Assembly (NCBI RefSeq): GCF_018977255.1
Contig: NW_024704742.1
Span: 51,772,001 to 51,836,000, forward strand
Direction: 5' to 3'
DNA from: Callorhinchus milii
Taxonomy: Eukaryota
DNA length: 64,000 nucleotides
Shown: one piece after another, positions 36,946 through 49,409 of the stretch
Layout of the letters: every line of letters begins with the position of its first letter
How positions within the stretch are numbered: position 1 is the stretch's first letter
The notes under the pieces: generated by a model
The model's database searches: none
What the model saw: the letters and a program-made list of their open reading frames with translations, nothing else
Told to the model about the DNA's origin: nothing
Made by a program: the position numbers and the translations under genes

Positions 36946-39145
36946 CAGCACACCGATGTTCATTTAGAGACTTTCCAACAGACAACTGGACAGTAAGATC
37001 GACAGACCTTTAGAGCATGGTCCTTCAATCACTCTGCCAACCAAGAGAAGGTACACATCTATTAAAGAATAAAATCTGTCCCTTCATTTCTGCTGATGAC
37101 TCGCAAGGTGAATGTTGATGGTATTTATGAGGTGAACCTCAGATCTCACACATTTATAATGAACACTTTTCTTTTTTAAAAAATACCTAAAGATATATAC
37201 CCCAATGAGATTCAACACTCAAATCAACATAGCATGACTGCTTTCATGAAGTGTCAATCCGCTGGCAGATGTGGAGCAGATGTTGAGCACAACGGTATTC
37301 TACTTAATTGTTCACTCAAAGGAACAAATATTGGAGGACTTCCTCTGGCCATGCTCTCAAACTAGGAGCAACACTCACAGAAATCTATTTTAAAATACAT
37401 TTTTTGTTTCTTCAGAAGATGTTAAGTACATCAAAAATGTTATATGTTCAACATTAACATACATAAACAATTTAGCAGAAATAAATTGGGTAGTATCCAG
37501 TAATCTAGATTGATGCACCTGTAATGATCATCAAGATATAGGTTTTCAATGGATGGAGAAGGGGGCAGGATAATTGAATATGGTAGGCTCCCCTAAAATG
37601 CTTGTTATGTAATCCAGTTCAGAAGAGAACTAAATGACAAACTCCAGAATGGAGCCTTCAAAAAATAATATTTACATAAAAAAGGCAATTTTTAACATGT
37701 TTAACCACGTAGATATATCATAATTCTCTCACAATGATTGAGGAGGGATAGGTTAACTTCTCTTGTTCTCTGTAGCAATAAATACAACAGTCCAATTATC
37801 AGAGACAGGAATAAAAGTATTTCTAACTTCATCATATTGCTACATAATAAGCTCAGAGAAGACATTCCCTACGAGTTTTCCATATGATAGCCACATTGAG
37901 GCTGTAAAATTGCCAGTTCGTAATGGGATTCAGTGATGGGAAGTCAAAACTGTTTGCGGAACATTCTACCAGTAGCTGGGTATACATCTGGTTGATTCAC
38001 TGGATCAACTTCTGACGCACCAGTACCGAGATTGTTACGTTACTCATGTACTCCAGTAACCAGCAGGAATCCTTATTCATGCCCCTGAGTCTAACGTAGA
38101 GAATAGTATCTCCCTTTGCGAACTGACAGTTTTTGACCCCATGTCTTTCCACATATGAATTCTTAAAACAAAGCTGACCTTTACGACTACGTAACAGGTT
38201 GCATTTAAAGACAGTTTCACATCACAATTAGAATTAGTACTTCTGCACATTTAGTTTTGTTAAGTAAAATTTAGTAGTATCAGGTTTAGAGAAGCAAATG
38301 GCATGTGCTATATTAGCGAGCAGAAATATGAAATAGCGTGCAGATGATATGAAACTATCATCAATTTCATATTCAATCGCTCACATAAATATACAGTCAC
38401 TACACTTTACAATAAATTCTGTGAAGCATTCTGAGACATCTCAAAGATGTGATAAGGCAAATGCAAGGATTATTATTATTATGAATCCCATAAATTGAAA
38501 AACAGTTGTTTACTGAGCCATCATTAATGTTATATTTTTATGAAATCTGAGTTAGTTTGTGAATTATTTTAATATTTCATCAAGTGCTCAGACACTATTC
38601 CTTACTTGAAAACAAACAAACACAATCTGCTTCTAGACTTCTGTCACTGCTGCTCTGAAAGCATTTGTACAAGTAGCTCACATTTTTGCTTGCTATGCAG
38701 AAGTGTCTTATTTTTCTGACACACCTCCCACTATTTCAGCAATTTACAGTGCTATCAAGACACCTTATGATCCGTCAGTTACTCTTGATGGATTAATACG
38801 TATCCAAACAGTTCTACAACATTTAATTGGCAGCAAAATCCCTCTACTCCCTTTTGGAATACTTCAATCACATATGGGGCCCTCTTTAAAACTGGAATTA
38901 ATCCAAGCTGTTGAGTTCAGAATTCAAACATAAATCACAAGTGAAATATAGAGTTTCACTCTACTGGCAGTGTAGTATTACAGTGATAAAAACACTTCCC
39001 TTTTTAAGTTTAGGCTTCACTTTTTTTAAAGTATGAATCCTTCCATTTTCTCATCTGTTCCCCAGTTTCTCTGGTTCATCTACTGATGAGATGGAGAGAG
39101 TGGATGAACAAGGTACTCTCAGTACCCACAATGTTATATGTCTGG

Positions 39146-39396
39146 ACAAAACACAAAATACTGCAGATGCTGGAAATCTGAAACAAACACAGAAGTCACT
39201 GGGAACACTCAGCGGGTCAGGCAGCATCTATGAAGAAAGGAAAGTGAGTCAACCTTTTGGGTCGACGACCCTTTGTCAGAACCCAGTTCTCAGTTCTGAT
39301 GAAGGGTCGTGGACCCAAAACGTTGACTCACTTTCCTTTCTCCATAGATGCTGCCTGACCTGCTGAGTGTTCCCATCGACTTCTGTTTTGGGTTTG
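39146..39396. mobile_element. Palindromic Penelope-type non-autonomous element with hammerhead motifs
   Basis: Inverted arms; 14-bp TSD tgttatatg(t/c)ctgg at 39132-39145 and 39397-39410. Confidence 0.8.
39292..39328 (+). ncRNA. Minimal hammerhead ribozyme motif, mutated (GAAA to AAAA)
   Basis: AGUU-CUGAUGA-A-GGGUC-GUG-GACCC-AAAAC-GUU-GACU: helix I, core, helix II and a GUU triplet. Confidence 0.6.
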
Positions 39397-39679
39397 TGTT
39401 ATATGCCTGGGTTATGTTAAAATGATTCTTTGCCTGTTACTCTCTAGTGCTAGATACAGTGCTCTGATTAGTGCCACCTCACAGCAGCAACATAGATGAT
39501 ACCAAGAACTCAGCAAAGGGGAATACAACTCATGTATACATGACCCTGAACTGCAGGTGACTATTTAACTTTTGTTCTGACAGTCTTGTAAATCCATTGA
39601 GATAATTCTCCCTTCAACAGGAAATGGGGCAAATCACAACCCCAACATTAGATCTCCAGCTGCTTATACTTTGCACATA

Positions 39680-39920
39680 GAATTTTCAGAAATGTAAAGC
39701 AAAGGAGGCCATCGAGTTTGCAGTCTCTCAGAGTAAGCCGTTCATTCAATCCCACTTCACTGCCCTATCCCCATACTCCTTCAAGCCCTTATCTTTCAAA
39801 TATCCTTCTACTTCCCTCTTGAAACACCCAATGAACTCTGCTTCTACCACCTGACAGAGCACTCTACTTCCCAACAATTCTGTGAAATTTGTTTTCCTAA
39901 ACTCTTCTTTTTTGTTGTTC
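39680..39920 (-). mobile_element. Decayed CR1 3' end
   Basis: ggaggccatc...ccctatccccatactcc...ttccctcttgaaa; homologous to 60330-60590. Confidence 0.6.
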
Positions 39921-41334
39921 GTCTGACTACCTTATATAGATACTATTAGAGATACAAATAGATAGCATTACATGCATAGGTATTATATAAGAGATAATTT
40001 ATTAGATATAAGATAGTATTACATATATAAATATTACAAGTATTTGCAGAAAGATTATTTAAATGTCTGAAGTGATCCAGATTTGTAGAAGAGAAGTTGT
40101 ACTAGATAAAGAAAACCAATCTCCATTTATAAGTGGCAAATAGATTGCTCATTATTATTTTGCAATAATTGGAATTGTTTTTGAGCCAAAGTCAACTGCA
40201 CACAGATATGAAAGGTACTAAGCCATTTAGATGATGAATAGTTCCTGGCAGCCTTTTCTTCCTACTTTGCTTTGGGTTCCAGTGCATCAATACTACTTGA
40301 AATCTAAGTTAGCGAAATGCAGAAGCAACACAAAGGTTATTTTGGCATAAACTCCCAGATATTAACAAAAGTGCCCTGCAGATAACCAGCTTCTCGTTAT
40401 GCACACTTTGTTGCATTCACACTTTTCCTACTGAGCTCTGGGGAGGGGGCTCTGGGGAAATAACTTTTTTTTGTATTTTTCAGCGCAAGATTTTGTGGCT
40501 AGTTTCAAATGCAAAAGTCTATCTCTCAATCTAGTTTAATCAACAATTTCAAAAACATTCAGAACATAATACTAAGAAAAAATCAGAAACAATTTCAAAG
40601 CCCGTATATCAAAATCATTTATATTACTTAATGACTTAATCCCTTTAAACTGACCTAGAGATAGTGAATGATTTAAAGCTGTTTGATTCAATTTTATTCC
40701 AAAATATTAACCAAATTTATCAATCAATGTAAATGTTTAAAAGTGTAGATTTCACATGAACAACCCATTCAAATTGTAATCTTTGTAATAAAAGAAATTA
40801 AACCTGCTGTATTTTGAATTGTTTTTCAGTTAATTTTGTTTAAATAAATAAATGAAGCAGGGAATTGTTAGGGGACATGTTTGGTAGTAGTTGCTGAGGC
40901 TGAAAGTGCCAGGGAGCTAAATTAATAACAGCAGACATACGGTCAGTAACCCAGTTTGGTTTAGAGATCATGTCAGTGCAGTTATACATGTGGTATTCAT
41001 CTTTGTTACAGGGACACACTCAGTACCCGCTCCTTAACAAAATATACTTAATCTGTTCTCAATATTCATGTCTTAAAACAATCTGAAAAGAATATTAAAA
41101 ATTAAGCAAAATGTATACTAAAATGTATTACTATTTATTTTGTTAAAACACTGATTGACGGCAGGTGAGAATGTCTATGAAAAGAAACACAAAGAATAAT
41201 TTTTCCCTTCACTTATGTATATCTTATCTCATGTGCAGCTTATCTGAGCCCAAATTGTAAAACTACCTCTACAGCAAAATGATGGGCATTTTGTTTCAAA
41301 ACAGAAATCTATCACATGACAGTGTTAAGCTTTT

Positions 41335-41545
41335 AATAATAATCCTTGCATACAGTGCCTCATCACGTCTTGAAGACGTCTCAAAGTGACTCACAGCATA
41401 TACTGTAAAGTGCAGTGACTGTATATTTTGTGGATGAAATGAGGCAGCCAATTATGCACATCAGTGTGTCACAAACACTCATGGATTGAGTGAAAACATT
41501 TTTTTTTTAAATTCATATATATATTCTGAAGGGATTTTTATCCCT
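41335..41545 (-). mobile_element. Decayed tRNA-SINE 3' half
   Basis: aataataatccttgca...gcagccaattatgcac...gaagggatt. Confidence 0.7.
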
Positions 41546-41744
41546 GGAAGGCAATCTTTTTTTTGGGGGTGGGGGAGTTTATTATTCTGTTCTATTTCTC
41601 CAGTCCATAAAGAAACCGGGTATATCAAGACTGGACAAATGTAATTTTTGAACAGTTCATTTGTTATTAATGCAAAATGAAGAAAGTCCCAGAACAAGTT
41701 ATGTGGCTTTAGAGGGAAATCTCCAATGGATGGTAAATTTATAG

Positions 41745-42082
41745 ATAATAATCCTTGAGTTTGATATAACATCTATAACATCAAATGCTTCAAAATATCA
41801 AGGGAAGTGATGGTGCATTTGTAAGCTCAGACAAAGTTCAAATAGCCAAGATAAAGATTAATTTATCTAGAAGATACTGCAGTTGGCCTGGGCACTGAAT
41901 AAGATATTTAAACGTGCATCTGAACAGGAAGTGGTGAACTTGGTTTAATGGTCCATATGAAGGACTGAGCTTCTCAATGTAGCATTAGCCAAGACTGGAG
42001 TTTAAAGGCTAGGACGCAAAATCATCTGACCCATGTGAGCGATCCCAAGAGGAGAATCTACCAACTGAGCCAAGCTGACACT
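41745..42082 (-). mobile_element. Decayed older Deu-type SINE
   Basis: aataatccttgagtttgatata tail; head ctaccaactgagccaagctgaca. Confidence 0.55.
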
Positions 42083-42642
42083 TTGATCAAGAACACTGGT
42101 CTGTACATTTACAGATCTCGGTGATATGATTAATTTATAAACCAACAGCGAATAAGATGTTATTGATGTAAGTTTACTGACCTTAGGAGAATCAACCTTT
42201 CTGTGTGGTTTTGTAAGTTTCCAACACAGCAACAAAAAAAGTTATCATCTTATAAAGCTCAACTCAGCATTGAATTGGATGAATTTAAAGGAAAGCTTCC
42301 AAATTGTGTATAAACGTAGCTACATTTCAGATAAAACACTCCTCAAAAATGCAAGTTAAAGCACAGACAGCTGATTAAATATTTACTGTGATGTTTCCTT
42401 TGCATCTGGATAATACACTACTTCCTCTCGGGAATCAACATTCAAATCCAACTCTGAAAGGGCACAAAATTCTGCTTCCAAGAATAGCTGTTAAGAGCCC
42501 AAAATGAATTGATATCTGGCAGATCTTTGTGTTTTGTGGGAAGCAACAGAAAAATATCCCGAATATAAAAACTGATTTAAATGTCTTAGTTAGAAACACA
42601 AGGTTGGCAGGAGGATAGAAATGTTCCTGTACTTCTCTACCC

Positions 42643-45600
42643 GCCTTCTGGGGTAGAGAATTCCACAAATTCACTACCCTCTGAGTGAAGAAATGTTTCC
42701 TCCACTCATTTCGAAAAGGCTGACCCTTAATCTTGAGACGATGACCCCTAGTTTTAGATTCTCCAACCAGGGGAAACAGTCTCACAGCATCTACCCTGTT
42801 AAGACCCTTAAGAATCTTATAGGTTTCTAATAAGATCATCTCTAATTCTTCTATATTCTAGAGAATATAGGCCTAGGTTACTCAACCTATCCTCATAAGT
42901 CAACCCCTCATCCCAGGAACCAACCTAGTGAATCTACACTGCACCCCCTTTAAGGCGATTATGTCCTCTCTTAAATAAGGAGACCAAAACTGCACACAAT
43001 ATTCTAGAATCGGTCTCACCAAGGCCTAATACATCTGCAGCAAGACTTCCCTACTCTTGTACTCTAACCCTTTTGCAACGAACGCCAACATGGCATTAGC
43101 CTTCCTAGTTGCTTGCTGTACCTGCATACTAACTTTTTGTGACTGGTGTACAAGGACACCCACATCCCTCTGAACACTAACACTATCTAGTCTCTCCCCC
43201 TCTAGAAAATAATCTGCTTTTCCATTTTTATTACCTAGGTGAATAACTTCACACTTCCCCACGTTATACTCCATCTGCCAACTTCTTGCTCACTCACCTA
43301 GCCTGTCTATTTCCCTTTGCATTCTTCGCGTGTCATCCTCAGAGCTTACTCTCCCACCTATCTTCGCAATGTCCGCTAATTTAGATATATTAAGTTCCAT
43401 TTCCTCATCTAAATCATTTATATAGACTGTAAATAATTGAGGCCCAAGCACTGATCCTTGTGGCACTCCACTAGTCACATCCTGCCAATCTGAGAAGGAC
43501 CCATTTAATCCCTACTCAGTGTTTTCTTCCTGTTAGCCACTCTCCAATCCATGCTAATATATTGCCTTTAATTCCATGGGCTCTAATCTTATGCAACAGC
43601 CTTTTACGTGGCACCTTGTCGAATGCCTTCTGGAAATCCAAATACACCACATCTACTAGTTACATCCTCAAAAAACTCTATAAGATTTGTTAAACATGAT
43701 TTTCCTTTCGTAAAGCCATGTTGACTCTGTCTAATCATGTTATGATTTTCTAAGTACCCCACGACGACATCCCTAATTAAGGACTCCAGAATTTCCCCTA
43801 CCACCAATGTCAGACTGACTGGTCTATAGGTCCCAATTTTTTTGTCTGCCACCCTTCTTAAATATCGTTTGCGATCTTCCAATCACTGGGAACCATTCCA
43901 AAATCCAGGGAATTTTGGAAGATCAGCCTTTTTGAACTGAGTTGAGGAAACAATTCTTCACTCAGAGGGTAACGAATTTGTGGAATTCTCTACCCCAGAA
44001 GGCTGTGGATGCTCAATCCTTGAACATATTTAAAACTGAGGTTGATAGATTTCTAAAGGATAGAGGGATTAAGGGATATGGGGATAGGGCGGATAAATGG
44101 AATTAGGTTAGAAGATCAGCCATGATCTTATTAAATGGCGGGGCAGGCTTGAGGGGCTGAATGGCCTACTCCTACGTCTTTGGTCAATCCAAGACCATTT
44201 GTGAGACATTGCTGTGCGCAATTAGCTGCCGTGTTTCACCCACAAATATACCCATACAGTCAATTCACTTTACAGTATATTCTGTAAAGTGTTTGGGACA
44301 TCCAGAAGTTGTGAAAAGCGCTACATCAAATGCAAGAATTATTATTATTATATTAAGATCAAAAACAAAGCATCCACTATCTCTGCAGCCACTTCTTTTA
44401 AAACCCTAGGATGCAGGCCATCAGGCCCAGGGGATTTATCATTTCTTAATCCTATTAATTTCTCTAGTAATATTGCTTTACTGATGTTCATTTCTTTAAG
44501 TTCCTCACTAACATTAGCCTCCAGGTTCCCCTCAATTTTCAGTAAGTTTTCAGTGTCCTCTAATGTGAAAACAGAAGCAAAATAATTGTTAAATGACTGC
44601 AATTTCTTTATTCCCCATCATAATTTCTCCTGTCTCTGCCTGCAATGGACCCACATTCACTTTTGATAGTCTCTTCCTCTTTATGTACTTGTAAAAAATC
44701 TTACAATCTGACTTTATGTTCCTAGCTAGTTTACCATCAGATTCCATTTACTCCCTCTTAATCAGTTTCTTAGTTTTCCTCTGCTGATCTCTAAAGTCCT
44801 CCCAATCCTCAGGTTTACTGGTCTTTTTGCAGTATTATAGGCCTCTTCTTTTAATTTTATACTTTCCCTAACTTCTCTAGTTAGCCAAGGTTGAACCACT
44901 TTTCCCGTGGTATTTTTACTTTTCAAGGGAATATGTGATCGCTGGGAATTAAGTATTACATCTTTAAATGTTTACCAATGCTAGTCTACTGTCATATTTT
45001 TTAATCTAATGTCCCAGTCTATTTTAGCCAAATCTTCTCTCATAAAGTTGGCTTTATTTAGATTTAAGACCCTTGCTTCGGTTTCAACTATATCACTCTC
45101 TAACGTAATGTTAAATTCCTTCATGTTATGGTCACTCTGCCCTAGAGGAGCCTTAACTTCCAGATTGCTGATTAGTCTTATTTCATTACACAAAACAAGA
45201 TCTAGGATAGCCTGTTCCCTGGTTGGTTCCTCAGCATACTGTTTTAGAAAACTATCTCTAATGCATTCTATAAACTCATCCTCTAATTTACCTTTGCCAA
45301 TTCGTTTTTCGCAGTCTATATGAAGATTGAAATCGCCCACTATTAGTGTATTCCCCTTGCTACATGCTCCTCTAATTTCCTGATTAATACTCTGCCCAAT
45401 ACTGTAAATGTTGTTTGGAGGTCTATAAACTACTCCCACTATTGTTTTCTGCCCCTTGTTGTTTCTTACCTCCACCCATACTGACTCTACATCCTGATTT
45501 TCTGATTTTAAATCCTCCCTCTCTACTGTTTTTATCTCATCCTTCATTAGCAGGGCTACCCCCCCACCTCGTTTTCCACATTGCCTATCTTTCCTGCCTA

Positions 45601-45937
45601 TACGTCGGAAATACCCCGGAATGTTTAGCTCCCACCCTTGGTCTCTCTGTAACCACGTCTCAGTAATAGCCACAAGATCGTATCCATTTATGTCTATTTG
45701 TGCACTTGATTTGTCTATCTTATTACGAATGCTTTGTGCCTTTAGATATAGCGCGTTTAATTTTGACCTCTTAGTATTTCCGCTATTTGTTACTGCCCTA
45801 TTTCCTTTGTTGAGGTTTTTATTCCTACTTGACACACTCTGTTCTTTATCTCTCAAGTCGCTACTCGGCTCTACAGCCAGGACTGTTCCTTGCAATGCCG
45901 GGTTACGTTTAACTGTAGCTGTAACCCTCCCTCCCAC
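42643..45937 (-). pseudogene. CR1 ORF2 (APE endonuclease + reverse transcriptase), disrupted
   Basis: [64 protein letters not shown]; catalytic motif degraded to LADI; stops and frameshifts. Confidence 0.95.
43926..44354 (+). mobile_element. Composite insertion: CR1 3' end (~43926-44176) fused to a SINE 3' half (~44180-44354)
   Basis: Flanked by aagatca at 43919-43925 and 44355-44361; removing it restores host IVDALFLIFQNSLDFGMVP. Confidence 0.85.
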
Positions 45938-45942
45938 CCCCC

Positions 45943-47995
45943 TTAATAGTTTAAAGCTCTGCCTATTTCCCTATTTAACCGTTTTGCCAGGACATTGATC
46001 CCAGCCCGGTTGAGGTGGAGCCCATCTCGATGGAACGGCTCCCTTTTCCTCCAATACTCGTGCCAGTGGCCCATAAAGCGAAACCCCTGCCTCCCGCACC
46101 ACTCTTTCAGCCATGCATTTAACTCTTTAATTGTTTGTCCCTGTACGAATTTGCGCGTGGCTCAGGTAGTAATCTGGAGATTATCACCTTGGAAGTTCTT
46201 CCTTTTAATTTCATTCCCAGTTCATTGAACTCACTCCTCAGGTTATCACTACCAGTCCTACCTATATTGTTGGTTCCTATGTGGATCACCACAATTGGAT
46301 CATCCCCTTCCTGCTTCAAATTCTTCTCCAGGCCTGAAGAGACGTCCTTAACCCTGGCACCAGGAAGGCAACAGAGCGTTCGTGACCCCTGGTTGCGGAT
46401 GCAGAGAAGAGTGTCTGTCCGCCTGACTGTCTTGTCCCCTATCACAACTACATTCCGTTTTGCTGCCCCCACTTGTGTGGCCTTCTATATAGAGGCCCAT
46501 CCTTCTCCTTACAGACTTCCTTGTCCACACAGGTCACAAATACTTCGTACCTGTTGGACAAGTTAAGGCCTGAGGCTTCTCCACCACTCTCTCTGGGGTC
46601 CTTACCTGCGTGACTCTCAGTCACACTGTCCCTGCCTAGTAGCAGGATCTATACATATACTGAGCCTCAGGGGAGTGATTGTCTCCTGGATGAAACTATC
46701 GGGAAGCTCTCACCTTTCCTAATGCTGCCCAATGTCTGCACCTTGGATTCCAGCTCAGCTACTCTAAGCTGGAGCTTCCTCGGTTGCAGACACTTGCTGC
46801 AGATGTAGTCGCCCGGGCTCAGGCTGCCCTCCGTCAACTCCCACATATAATATATTAAAGGCAATATATTAGCATGGATTGGAGAGTGGCTAACAGGAAG
46901 AAAACAGAGATTAGGGATAAACAGGTCCTTCTCAGATTGACAAAATGTGACTAGTGGAGTGCCACAAGGATCAGTGCTTGGGCCTCAATTATTTACAGAC
47001 TATATAAATGATTTAGATGAGAAAATGGAACTTAATATATCTAAATTAGCGGACATTGCGAAGATAGGTGGGAGAGTAAGCTCTGAGGATGACACGCGAA
47101 GAATGCAAAGGGAAATAGACAGGCTAGGTGAGTGAGCAAGAAGGTGGCAGATGGAGTGTAACGTTGGGAAGTGTGAAGTTATTCACCTAGGTAATAAAAA
47201 TGGAAAAGCAGATTATTTTCTAGAGGGGGAGAGACTAGATAGTGTTAGTGTTCAGAGGGATGTGGGTGACCTTGTACATCAGTCACAGAAAGTTAGTATG
47301 CAGGTACAGCAAGCAACTAGGAAGGCTAATGCCATGTTGGCATTTATTGCAAAAGGGTTAGAATACAAGAGTAGGGAAGTCTTGCTGCAACTGTAGAAGG
47401 CCTTGGTGAGACCGCACCTTTAATATTGTGTGCAGTTTTGGTCTCCTTATTTAAGAAAGGATATACTCGACTTAAAGGTGGTGCAGAGTAGATTCACTAG
47501 GTTAGTTCCTGGGATGAGGGGTTTGACCTATGAGGATAGGTTGAGTAAACTAGGCCTATATTCTCTAGAATATAGAAGAATTAGAGATGATCTTATTAGA
47601 AACCTATAAGATTCTTAAGGGTCTTAACAGGGTAGATGCTGTGAGACTGTTTCCCCTGGTAGAAGAGTCTATAACTAGGGGTCACAGTCTTAAGATTAAG
47701 GGTCAGCCTTTTCGAACAGAATTGAGGAAACACTTCTTCACTCAGAGGGTAGTGAAGTTGTGGAATTCTCTACCCCAGAAGGTTGTAGATGCTCAGTCCT
47801 TGAACATATTCAAGACTGAGCTTGATAGATTTCTAAAGGATAGAGGGATTAAGGTATACATAGATAAGGTGGGCAGATGGAGTTAGGTTAGAAGGTGATC
47901 TTATTAAATGGTGCGGCAGGCTCGAGGGGCCAAATAGCCTACTCCTAATTCCTATGGCCTATACTGCAGTCATCGCACAACATCTGCCTTGCCAT
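45943..47995 (-). pseudogene. CR1 ORF1 (zinc finger/coiled coil + SGNH esterase), split by an insertion
   Basis: Rejoined N-terminus MARQMLCDDCSMWELTEGSLSPGDYICSKCLQ; esterase blocks VVVIGD, PGA, HIGTNN, DGLHL. Confidence 0.9.
46848..47960 (+). mobile_element. 5'-truncated CR1 copy inserted antisense into host ORF1
   Basis: RT C-terminal half and 3'UTR ending cctactcctaattcctatggcct; 'ata' on both flanks (46845-46847, 47961-47963). Confidence 0.95.
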
Positions 47996-48068
47996 TCTCT
48001 CTCTCTCACTCTGGATTATGATTTTTATTTAAGTTTTTTTTAGTTTTTTTCCGGTTCTGTCTTTTGAG

Positions 48069-48089
48069 TGTGACGTCACATTGATGTCA
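48069..48089. promoter_or_regulatory. Tandem CRE/ATF sites in the CR1 5'UTR
   Basis: Perfect palindrome TGTGACGTCACA followed by TGATGTCA. Confidence 0.5.
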
Positions 48090-49409
48090 CTTGTCGTTTT
48101 TCTGCAGATGCTCCGCTCCGCCCTCCGATTCAGCGACTGAGTACCTTGGCTAGGCTTTATACACTCTGCTAGGCCTCAGCTCCTCCCTGCACTGTCCTGG
48201 CTCTGCCCTCCGAATCCAATGCTTGATTTCAAGTATTCTAGTCACGCAGTGAATTAGTATAATTTTTTTTCAAGCTTATGAATGGTTAGTGCAAAGTTAA
48301 GGAAAAGTGATTCCATAGGGGAGGAGGATGCAGTGAGCCACTTTTGTTAATGTTTTGTGAATCTCCTAGTGGATGTTTACAGAAGAGCACGAGCAAAGGA
48401 ATGAGAAGCAGACTGCCTACTTTGCTTCGTGCAGGGAATAAAGCAGACTCAAGCGTTTGTCTGGTCTAGGATCATAACCTCTTGATTACAGTGACTGCCT
48501 CTCACACTACCAAGATCATATTATCTACATTCCCAATGCATGAAATGTAATCCACACCATTGTAACTACAGAAGGAAAGGGTAGTTAGGTGTTCTCTACT
48601 CAGTGAAGTTTGATGAAAAACATACCTCATAAGAGGAAGTTCATAAGCCAGAGCACAGCAGACTAGAGCTCTTCCATCTGCTCTGAAAACATGTTACTGT
48701 ACTTCAGTGACTGGAGCTGCTGACAAGAATTGGCTATAATTTATGAAGCAGAATTGTTGTCTGGACAGTTTTCAAGCTGTCTAAAGCAGATCCCTCAGCC
48801 AGACCCGTTGATGCAGCATACATCTTTGGGGGATGTGCACCATGAAATCGACCATATGTTAAAGTGCTGGCAATGAAAACTGAAGAAATTAAAAAGAAAT
48901 AAAACTAACAAATCCTTTTCCTCCCAATCACTGACCTTTTAGACTCCTTAACTCGTTTACATGCGTCACTGACACTAAAGTGGCCTCAAGCAAAGTCTAT
49001 TGGTACAAATTTGTGATCCCCAAAAATTCTACGCTCAGACATATTAACGACAAATCACTCAAACTGACGGGATATTAAATGTAAAGCTATTAGGATTCTG
49101 TAACAACCCAGCTGATTTACTGTAGTCAATACGGAGCATAAGTAACAACCAGTAATCCTTAGCTGCATCTAAAGTTAATAGTGGAAAGATCATAAAAAGT
49201 AAGATTCTGTAAATATAAACATTAAAAAACTGAACAACAGTTATTCCATGAGGATTTTTAAAAAAATAATAAATATGTAACTGAATTTCTAAAACACAGA
49301 ATATCATTCAATATTTTTAAACTTAATAATAAATTCTGCTGTAAATCAGATTTTTTAGACATTCAATAATTACACATTTCTTACTGAGAAATCTGTTAAA
49401 ACTGTAAAA

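Larger units (their letters stand above)
42643..48220 (-). mobile_element. Near-full-length CR1 LINE (5'UTR, ORF1, ORF2; extreme 3' end missing) with two nested antisense insertions
   Basis: ORF1 zinc knuckle plus SGNH esterase and ORF2 APE endonuclease plus RT occur in order on the minus strand. Confidence 0.95.

Noticed and set aside
44981..45937. 318-aa ORF as a cellular endonuclease gene
   Set aside because: It is the APE domain of CR1 ORF2; the rest of ORF2 is disrupted
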